Shown here: positions 1-8,651 of the stretch, in pieces
How the letters are laid out: every line of letters starts with the position of its first letter
How positions within the stretch are numbered: the first letter of the stretch is position 1
Assembly (NCBI GenBank): GCA_043228905.1
Contig: JBHGNT010001060.1
Location: forward strand, 1-12,484
DNA: 12,484 bases
Source of the DNA: Azolla caroliniana
Taxonomy: Eukaryota; Plantae; Polypodiophyta
Reading direction: 5' to 3'
Notes under the pieces: model-generated
What the model was told of the DNA's origin: nothing
Seen by the model: only the letters and a program-made list of their open reading frames with translations
Database searches by the model: none
Position numbers and translations under genes: made by a program

Positions 1-642
1 ATCTCACTCACTCTCTCTTCTCTCTGATTTTGTATTTCTGTTTGATATTGATATCGAAATATTTTTGTAGAAAGGAAATAATAGGGTAAGCATATTGAAT
101 ATGTACTGGAGATGGGAGGTGTCATTTTTTGTGTCAGTTACTATGATACACAGAAAAATCATACTAAGAAAAACAAAATAGGTAGAAAAGGTAGATGTAT
201 AAATATTTTTGAGCATTTTTTCTATTTTCTATATCTTATTTCTTATGGAAATACTGCACAAGTATAACATGAGAGAAATGATATTTGTGGGTGCTTCCTG
301 TGTTTTTCGGGTCCAATCTAATAGTGAAATAGGAAGGCCTTTCCTCTTTGTATCCAATCGAAGAATGAAATGGGAAGAATATTTGGCTTTACATATATAT
401 AGTGAGAAATTTACATTTTTGTGTTCTTTTGACCTTTTTAAGAAGAAAGCATGAAGATAATCTGATACGCAGGAAATTTTTCGTTTCTGAGTTATTTTAT
501 TACCTTGTTTTCTGTCATTAGAATCGTTTTCTTTATCTTGATCCGCTCCAGGAAAAAAACTCCTTTTATTTAGAGGGTTTGGCATTTTTTTATCTCATTC
601 TTACCTTTTTTTTTGCAATCTTGGTATTTTTTATGGGTCATT

Positions 643-712
643 TCTTTACCTTGACCTGTCTTTTCCTATCTTTACCTTGATCTGTCGTTTTCTTTCTTTA
701 CCTTGATCTGTC
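643..712. repeat. Intronic minisatellite: 3 copies of TCTTTACCTTGAYCTGTC, period 26 bp
   Basis: Copies at 643-660, 669-686, 695-712. Confidence 0.85.
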
Positions 713-751
713 TTTACATTGATGTTTTATCTGGTGAAAATAATGTCCTAG

Positions 752-955
752 GCTATTGCTGTAGCAAAAGATGCAGCAAAAGGAGTTGCAGAATTGCAGG
801 ATAATGTTACCAATTCACTTAAGCTACAAGAAGAAGAAGAGGGTACTCAAGAACCTTCTACAGAGAATAAGGAGCTTGAATCTCCTGAGGATAAGCTTAG
901 AAATGCAGCTTTACAGAAGCTGGAAGAGGCTGGTCAAGACACTCCACTCACTCAT
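752..955 (+). CDS. BAT2/FAM114-like gene, first visible exon (AIAVAKDAAKGVAEL...AGQDTPLTH)
   Basis: TAG acceptor 749-751, donor GTAAGT at 956; 68 codons, acidic coiled-coil-like sequence. Confidence 0.85.
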
Positions 956-3569
956 GTAAGTATTGCCTTCATCCTTGTTTATATGTAAATAGCCACTCTA
1001 TTACACATCACTCTATTCAAAATCTATTTCTACTTGTATATGCAGAGTCTGAAAGCTATTGATGCATCAGTTGAGAATCTGGCTTCAGGAGCATGGCAAG
1101 CATTTGGGACAGCTTGGCAAGGGAGCAGAAATTTTATTCAAAAGTATGTTCTGATCTGTTATGATATAGGGAAAAACAGGTCTGATTAAACAAGATCTGG
1201 GTCGGTGCAAATCAAAGATATAGGGAATTAGAAAGTGTTAATGATATGGGGAAAATCTTGGCATGAGCAAATGAAAAATCGAAGAACTCAAAAAATATTT
1301 AAGATATGGCTGAAATCTTAATACTGGCAAATGGAAGATCTTGGAAGATTTATGGTTTTGACTGTAAGAATACACAGGGAAAAAACCGTATACGAACAAA
1401 CATCTTAGAAAATGTTTTGAATATTGCCAGAATCTTGGTGATAATATGCAAATGGAAGTTCATGGAAGATGTTTTTGATATTGGTGATGTCTTTGATATT
1501 ATCAATCAATCTTGAACCATAGGCAAATGAAGAATCTTAGGTGTGTTTTGTACATCGGCAATCTTGACCATGTACGTTGGTGAAGAATGTGTACACCCAT
1601 ATGGCTTGACCTTACCACCACTGGTTGAATGGATGGAAAATATCTTGAATCCAATAAGAATGGAAATGCAGAAGAGATGTAATGTCCAGACCATAGCTGT
1701 CTATCTAGTCTGTGCATGAACAAAACCTCTCATCTCTAGTCCTAACATTGACTCCTAATAAAAAATATATGTGTTGACAAGAGAAAGATGAAAATATTGA
1801 TGTGCAGGCTTGAGCATTCAGCAGAGAATCTGGCAGAAAGTTTACAGAAACAGGGAAGCTTTACTTACAAGGCTGGTACTCTTGCTCCTGGTCTGTTAGA
1901 GGTTGGCATACATCATCCTTTTTCTTGAAAGTATTCTATATTTGAATGTTTGGCGTTATCAGTGACCACAATTCATTTGTCCATTGAAATGAAGAGTGGA
2001 AAAGCTATCACAGCTAAGGGCTTGGAGGTTCTTGAGTATGTTGGCAGAGAAGCCATGGATATGATTGTCACAGAGGCTGGAATTCAAATTGAAGATGAGC
2101 CAAAAGTATCAGATGGAGATGCCATAGAGGAGGATGAACATTTCATGGATGATGTGACATTTGATCGTTGTTTCTACATATACGGAGGCCCAGAGCAGTT
2201 GGAGGTCAGTAATTTTAATCTTGCAAATGCAGGATAAGTGCTTAGTATGAAAGGATTTTCTTTGCTCTGAGCTAATCCCTTCAATAGGCAGAATATATCT
2301 GGATAATATGATATTCTGTTTGGCAGGAACTTGAAGCAATATCAAATCATCATATGCTTCTATGCAATAGAGCCAAGTCAAAGCTGTTAAGTGAGGAAAA
2401 GTCCTTGTTTGATGCGACGTTAAGGCAGCTGCAACAAATCATGGACTTGGGAGCAAATGGTAATGAGGTCTCAGAAGTTGACAAAGGTAAGCAAGTGGAA
2501 TTAGGAGTGATCGATGATAACAGTGAGTTTAAGACTATTCGTGAGACTAGCGTAGCGAAAGCTGCTGAAATGGCTGCAGGGTAATTCTTTTTTTCTGTTA
2601 GCGAGCTTTATTTTCTTTAAGATCTTAAATGCAGAGGATTGATGAACTCATAATTGTGTATATATTCAGATTCACTGTAGCCCTTGGTGGTTTGGCTATT
2701 ACTGAAGTCATCCAGAAGACAACAGATCGTTTAGAGGCTATCAAAGTTGAAGGAGTGCATGTATGTGTCATCCTTCAAGATTTAATGTTCTCACATTTGA
2801 ATGTAGAAGTTATCAGACATAGTAATCGGAAATGGTATCATCATCTCTTTAGAAAGGGGATATCACAACTATGAATTTACACACATCGCGCACACCACAC
2901 ACACAGATGCACATGTAGGTAATAAATGTTATATATGTGTATATATGTTAGGTAACAAGTTCAGTATCTAAAGCATTTTAGAAGCATCATAACATGCAAT
3001 GTAATTATTGATTGATTCTCAACATGCTGGGCTTGCAGAGACTATCAGAGTTGTGTGCATCTGGCATCTCTCAGTTGTTAAATCTAGCAAAGTCACTTCT
3101 ATCGTCTACTGCTGAGCAAGAGGACAAAGACAGTTCAGTGTGGCCCAAAGATTGTCTACAGAAAGCTAAGTTAATCAGGGCCCAAGCACAGGCTATGGCT
3201 GATGATATTGAAGTTATTTCAGTTAGTTTTGTAACTGGTATAATATTGTAAATTTTCTTGTCAATGGGGTTTAGGAACAAAGCTGCCTTCTAGGGACACA
3301 TTATTTAAACCTGCTTTTCACTTCTTTTGTGTGCAGGCATTGGTGATGTAACTGCAGCATTTCAGGCAGTTCTGAAAAGTGATGCTGCAATAAAGGATGG
3401 TGAAAGAGATGATGCAAAGCATGAATTCATGTGGGAGAAATCTATTGAAGAGAAAGCACATACTTTAACAAGTGATTTGGAGAGTGATGGAAGTGTCGCA
3501 ATTGAAAAGCTGCAGTCTGGCCTTAGACAGCTTGTCTATGTGGTTTTACATACATCACTGAAGAATTGA
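752..3569 (+). CDS. BAT2-domain / FAM114 (DUF719)-like protein, At2g15860-like; 5'-partial, 8 exons: 752-955, 1046-1143, 1808-1901, 1995-2204, 2327-2580, 2670-2760, 3039-3237, 3337-3569
   Basis: Manual splicing at GT..AG sites gives 1383 nt with consistent intron phases (0,2,0,0,2,0,1) and no internal stop, ending TGA at 3567-3569. Motifs SGAWQAFG, GKAITAKGLEVLEYVGREAMD, VTFDRCFYIYGGPEQLEELEAIS, KAAEMAAGF, EGVHRLSELC, WPKD..KAKLIR match the family as I recall it. No N-terminal exon is visible in 1-751. Confidence 0.9.
1046..1143 (+). CDS. BAT2/FAM114-like gene exon (SLKAIDASVENLASGAWQAFG...FIQK)
   Basis: TGCAG acceptor ending 1045, donor GTATGT at 1144; not in the ORF track. Confidence 0.9.
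1808..1901 (+). CDS. BAT2/FAM114-like gene exon (LEHSAENLAESLQ...APGLLE)
   Basis: TGCAG acceptor ending 1807, donor GTTGGC at 1902; phase compatible with both neighbours. Confidence 0.88.
1995..2204 (+). CDS. BAT2/FAM114-like gene exon (SGKAITAKG...YGGPEQLE)
   Basis: AAG acceptor 1992-1994, donor GTCAGT at 2205; holds the most conserved family motifs. Confidence 0.9.
2327..2580 (+). CDS. BAT2/FAM114-like gene exon (ELEAISNHH...AAEMAAG)
   Basis: GGCAG acceptor ending 2326, donor GTAATT at 2581. Confidence 0.9.
2670..2760 (+). CDS. BAT2/FAM114-like gene exon (FTVALGG...VEGVH)
   Basis: TTCAG acceptor ending 2669, donor GTATGT at 2761. Confidence 0.9.
2878..2948. repeat. Imperfect (CA)n/(TA)n low-complexity tract in intron
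   Basis: acacacatcgcgcacaccacacacacag ... atatatgtgtatatatg. Confidence 0.6.
3039..3237 (+). CDS. BAT2/FAM114-like gene exon (RLSELCASG...SFVTG)
   Basis: TGCAG acceptor ending 3038, donor GTATAA at 3238. Confidence 0.9.
3337..3569 (+). CDS. BAT2/FAM114-like gene terminal coding exon (IGDVTAAF...VVLHTSLKN*)
   Basis: Polypyrimidine tract plus TGCAG acceptor ending 3336; stop TGA 3567-3569. Confidence 0.9.
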
Positions 3570-4326
3570 AGTGGTTCTCATTGATGGGCTCTTCTTCTCT
3601 AGAACAGGTGGGATTAGGCAGAGCTCTTTGGGCACAGATAAATCTAAATTGACCATGTGTAAATGGCGTGACAATGTTTATTGGGTTGGTTTTAACTGTA
3701 ACATGATCCGACATGTTTGGACAAGTGGTTAAATGCAGCCAGCTGTAACAGCATGTTGTAAAAAGATCTATTGAAGCTACCTATATAAATATGAAGCTGG
3801 TGTTAACTTTATCCACGGTCTTTTGGTAGAGTATGAAAAGTCAATGATGGTGGACTCTATTGCTGTTAATTATTGAAAGACTATTTCTCTTATGGCATCG
3901 AGCATGAATTCAGATAAGTTTATTGAAGAATGTAATATAAAGGAAAACAACCTTTTGGTCTCTCATATGTGGCCGTGTCCAGGTTGATATAAAGTTCCAA
4001 CTAGGGTCAACTATATAATTTCGAGACTAAAAGTAGTTAAGGGTAGCTTTCTTGATGGTTATCAACATGTTGGAAGTGGTCCCTTCATCTAAATCTATTC
4101 AAATTCCAAAATGGTTTGTATGTGGCAAGCTATTTTTACTTTCAATTTTAAAACTTTGAAGCATAATTTTTGAACAAATAAAGTACAAAAATACAATAAA
4201 ACTCATACAAATTCATACAAAAAAAGGGTTTAGTAATCCTTTGGTGATATTAATTCTTCATGGAACGAAATTCATACAAGTTTTTGTCCATTCCCCTCTA
4301 CATCACATGTTATTAGAAAAACACTC

Positions 4327-4923
4327 TTAAAATATAGAAGTAAACACCATCATATTCCAATGGTGCTTATCTTGCACGTAAGGTGAAGCATGTGAAATAA
4401 GTTTGAATAAGGATTTCATACTTCTATTTTATAATGGGGGCAAACAAAACATTTGTTATTCATTGGGGTTATGGTTCAAGTTGTCTACCATGATTGGTGA
4501 AATAGCCGAGTACTGCATCTTATTAATTGCAACTTAAAAAACAAGTACTTATTTTGTCATTTGCATTCATATATGTATGTATAAAGTGTATGTGCATATC
4601 ACGAAGTACTGATAGATTGTTTTTGGCCTGATTGGTATTATTTAGTTTCTTCACATATAGACTAGGTAGTAGGATCTAAGATATCACGAAAAAGGCAACA
4701 TCACTATTTATAAGCAAGCTCACTTACCACAATACTCTTGCAAATTAATTATAAACTTTCATAGGGGTTTATGTTTTTCCATAGATCATAATGGACGATG
4801 TCGTAGCTTTCAAGCCATGGCCTATTCTTTTTTCCCATCCCTCCAAACCAAATTGGTGGAAGGATTGAAGAGAATAGTAGATTAAATGGTGCTAGTCTTG
4901 TCAAGAAGAAAGTATCTATCTTC
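4327..4923 (-). pseudogene. Possible decayed spliced coding remnant with Ulp1/C48 peptidase-like motifs (transposon-borne?)
   Basis: Exon-like 4923-4728 bounded by TTTAG and GTAAGT, 65 codons with one TAA (KIDTFFLTRL...); downstream 4419-4327 reads ...SPYVQDKHHWNMMVF. Family call rests on short motif resemblance only. Confidence 0.35.
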
Positions 4924-5574
4924 CTAAATGTTTAACCCATGTAATGTGGAGGTTACACTTTGTTGCATTGTTGGCCTTTTCAAATCTTGTAAATTATTCA
5001 AGGGGATTTATAAAATGCAAACCAATATATTATTGATTCACTTTATTATTCAAATTTGTTTAGGAAAACGTTTTTTTGAGCACTATTGCCAACCGCTCTC
5101 CTATTATCCAAATTAACTAGATGGTGATAATTGGCGGTTGATAGTCTCAATACCTTTAGCCTTGGAGAAAGGTCTTTCTCAACATCAAGCCTAAAGCGTA
5201 GTTCAAGGGAGTACAAATGAGAACTTGTGTAGCCATGTCAAAATTTTAAACTCTTGATAACCTTAGTTCAAGGGACTAATGAAAAGATAAAGATAAAGAG
5301 ACTAGGGCACATCTCAATCCATGTGTGACTTTTCCTAGTATTTTGTTCACTTCACGACTATTACAAATGAATCAATGGTGAGCAATATAATAAGTGGTTA
5401 AGGAAAAGAATGCACTTAGGGTGCTTAATCACATCAACCACCCTATATCAGAGGACATGAGACAAACATGAAATACTATTGATGTCACATACCTAACTAA
5501 ATCTTATTAACTGAATAGCAAATCTAAAGAAGAGCGGTTAGCCTCACCTAGAAGCTCAAGAGTATCTACGATAT

Positions 5575-6268
5575 TGTGATGAATGGGGCATCCCAAGCCC
5601 TAGGATAAGTGGTTTCCCACTTATCCTATCCTTAAACCATTAACATTAGATTTAGACTTATTCTCAAGGTTATGCCTATAACAATGACCCACAAAAGGCA
5701 TTGCAATGTTCATGTGACATGTAACTTCTTTGTGTATTGTGTATGTATAATAATCTCATGTATTTTTGTAATGTCACTAGATTAGTGTTATCCATAGGAT
5801 TATTAGTGTATGAGTGTATAAGTGATGGTACATGGATAGATAAGTGCAAAGTCTTGTGTTAAAAGCCATGTTGTAAGTTTGTGCAAGTGTGCACAAAAGA
5901 GTAAGTGTGAGTATATTGTTATATGTGTAAACATGTGCACATTTATGTGAATGTATGCAAAAATAAGAGTGTTATAAAGTGGGTCTAGGTTGTTAGAAGG
6001 TTATGTAACTAACCTACAACTCACGAGCCTCATTGGATGTTCTTGGATTGTGATCCTCATATAATGTACATACATAACCCGACCATAGGGGACATGAATA
6101 CAAATAATTGTCTCTTTCTCTTTCTCTATCTTCCTCAAGCTCAACCCCTTGGGAGGGGGGTGGAGCTCTTCTTGGCTCCAACCCCCACCGAAAAACAAGT
6201 AGTGCAATTAGTGAGACTTGAGGCCACCATATGGTTTGATAAGAATACAATTTAGCACTAGAAAGAGT
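5575..6268 (+). mobile_element. Putative degraded LTR (solo or truncated LTR retrotransposon remnant)
   Basis: TGT at 5575, TG-rich U3-like stretch, TATA-like TTATAAA near 5972, CT-rich tract, candidate ACA ends at 6197 or 6249, PBS-like TAGCACTAGAAAGAG after 6249. No target-site duplication and no second LTR found. Confidence 0.35.
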
Positions 6269-6599
6269 ATAAGATCCATTGATCTCAAATTCTCCGCATA
6301 AAACCCATATTCCAGTAAGATACAATCAATCAAAGACTGTTATTCAAACGAAGTTTCGCTTTATTGTTCTTTGTACATAATAATCATGTGTTAAGTTGTA
6401 ATAAAATATCTATGAGAATGGAGGTTATTTCTGTGGAGAATTTTAGCATGTTCTATTATATCTATTGCATCTTGTATTCTTCTTCCTATCAAGACCAATA
6501 GTCATACAAGACAGTCACCCAATGACAACTTCGGGAGCAATACCGCTGCTCTCCCATGATTCAGCATTTTCTTCCGTTGTTTGTATTTTATGTAGACAA

Positions 6600-7815
6600 G
6601 CGCAGTAAACAAGTGGTTGAAATTGTGGTACATTGTGCTTCTCTTGTAGATGATATTACATAACCAAAATATCATATTATGGCAAATCTTCAGTGCTTGG
6701 TTCTCCGATGCAATACTTGGCATAATTGGAATACAATATCTGTTACTAGTGTTATTTGATGCAATACTTGTAATGTCCACACTAGCAAAAGGCCCATTTG
6801 TAGTGCAATGCTTAGCATATTCCCACAAGAAAAATACCCATTTGTAATACAACCAAAACGAAATAGCTAAAGCGCACGCTTTGCTGAGACCCAGAGTCCT
6901 ATTTGCCTCTGCATCCACAGTAACCAACACAGGAATCACAATATCATGCATACCAGCTCTTAACATCATTTTGTTGAAATTGCAGTTGATATGGCTTCCA
7001 TTGTAGGTGGCATTAATGACCTAAAATATCATATTTGTAGCAAATCTCTGGTGGATGCATATACTTTGAAACAAAGCTTTGGCATATTTGGAATACATTA
7101 TCTGGTACTATTGTAATTGATGCAATACTCGGCATACACCCACAACAGCGGATGACCCATTTGTGGCGCAATGCTCAGCATATTTCCACATTAACAAATA
7201 ACCCATTCATTGTAGATATTACTTCCCCTGTAGATCTCGGGTACTTGTGTGACTTGATGTGATACATCATCTTGTTGGAATTGACGTGATGTGATACACC
7301 AGCACTTTACATCATCTTGTTGGAATTGACATAATAGTAGGTGGGTGTTATATAGAACCAAAACGACATACTTGTAGTAAATCTCTTATGGATGCATATG
7401 GTTTCAATGCAATGATTGGCATATTTTGAATGAAATACATGATACTAGTGTGATTTGATGTGATACGCGGCAATGTCCACAATAATGAATGGCTCATCTG
7501 TGTGGTGTGATACACTGCATATTTCCACTCTGGCTAAAGATCCATTGGTGGTAGACATTACTTCCCTGAAGACCCAAAATGTCATATTTATAGCAAATCG
7601 CTGGTACTGGCATGCTTCAATGCAATAATCGGCATTTTTGCCTCTGCATCCACAGTAGCCAACACAGGAAATACAAATCATACATACCAATGCATCACAT
7701 CATTTTGTTGCAATTGCATTGATACCAGCTTCCCTTGCAGGTGGTCTTAATAAACCCAAAATATCATATTTGTCGCAATACTGGAGTATGCATATATTTC
7801 GATGCAATGATCAGC
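6600..7815. repeat. Degenerate hierarchical tandem array (~170-215 bp modules built from ~45-51 bp subunits)
   Basis: Anchor CCAAAATATCATATTTGTAGCAAAT-like at ~6664, 7020, 7358, 7574, 7756 (weak at 6853); core GATGCAATACTYGGCAT-like motif at 11 or more positions; block 6901-7045 is repeated at 7637-7779. Confidence 0.85.
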
Positions 7816-8504
7816 TTACCTTTTGGGGCAAATATCTATATGGCATAGACTATACAAGACAAAATCAGATGAATGCCCCTAATATGAGAGCATGCTGGTC
7901 ACTTTCTCATATGTGCATTGAGCCACTGGATAGCTTTGCAGCTAAACTCAAAGAGTTCAACTAACCATCAGAACATTAAGTGAACAAATGGACATGTGTG
8001 CTCAAAACAAAAAGCAGATCAGTACTCTGCTGACATTCTATCTGAAGTTAGTTAGCAATGCAGTACAAGTTTTACCCCATGTTCAGCCATAGATACAACA
8101 CCATGGAAGAAAACAATGCCCAGATTGAGGTTTGTCTCCTGTACTAAAACTGTAGCCTTCTGAGTATACGTCTAGATGTTTGACAAAGCCAGCGGATTGA
8201 ATTATCTTCCTGTACCATCCATTGCTGCTCGCTCAACACTGGTTACCACGCCCAAGAACATCTGGGTAACCATCCAGAACATCTAAACTTTTTAATTACA
8301 AATGCATGTGTAGGCTAGGCAAAAGGATTTCATTACTGTTTTCTGGACCGAAAAGGAAGTGCATTACTCTTCTCTGGATATTCCAGTCTAACACATAGTT
8401 TAGAGAACACAGTACCACAAGCACCATTGTTTATCCATAAGCACGATGATGGATAACCCGTACCCGGAGTTCAGAAGCTGTTTGACACCAAAGTGCAAGG
8501 TTCA

Positions 8505-8651
8505 TCATCCCATTAACTTGCTTCTGACTTCCTGGGCTATAAGGCTTCGAATATGGCTGCTTGATGAATCCAATTCAGATTTTTCAACAAATAAAATCCT
8601 GTAGAACTCCCATCGCCGGTCACCTGCTGAATGATAACATTCAATGTCTGC
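8505..8651 (-). CDS. ACR9: ACR-like gene terminal coding exon (ADIECYHS...RSKLMG*)
   Basis: TTTTGCAG acceptor ending 8652; TGA at 8507-8505 followed by a second TGA. Confidence 0.9.
   Translation of the reverse strand, partial: ADIECYHSAGDRRWEFYRILFVEKSELDSSSSHIRSLIAQEVRSKLMG

Noticed and set aside
4-585. Short ORFs at the window start, as the missing first exon or separate genes
   Set aside because: Low-complexity AT-rich intron-like sequence; none encodes the acidic, Gly/Trp-rich N-terminus expected for the family.
5595-5650. Helitron 3' end at the perfect hairpin
   Set aside because: No CTRR terminus about 10-12 nt beyond the hairpin on either strand; the only CTAG overlaps the stem.
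6001-6325. Overlapping short ORFs in the LTR-like block
   Set aside because: No gag/pol motifs; consistent with chance ORFs.
6700-7815. CRISPR-like reading of the spaced 17-18 bp semi-palindromic repeats
   Set aside because: Repeats are too short and too divergent, the 'spacers' are homologous between modules, there are no cas genes, and the context is a eukaryotic intron-containing locus.
6600-7815. Polycistronic box C/D snoRNA cluster
   Set aside because: TGATG is followed by C or T rather than forming RTGATGA, and no regularly paired CTGA D boxes or terminal stems were seen.
8251-8284. Short duplicated AGAACATCT in the ACR 3' region
   Set aside because: A 9-bp repeat, too short to be distinguished from chance or a trivial slippage event.
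8502-8510. Premature stop or readthrough at LMG-TGA-TGA (Arabidopsis ACR9 ends LMGW as I recall)
   Set aside because: At most one terminal residue is lost and a second stop follows, so there is no sign of pseudogenisation or recoding.
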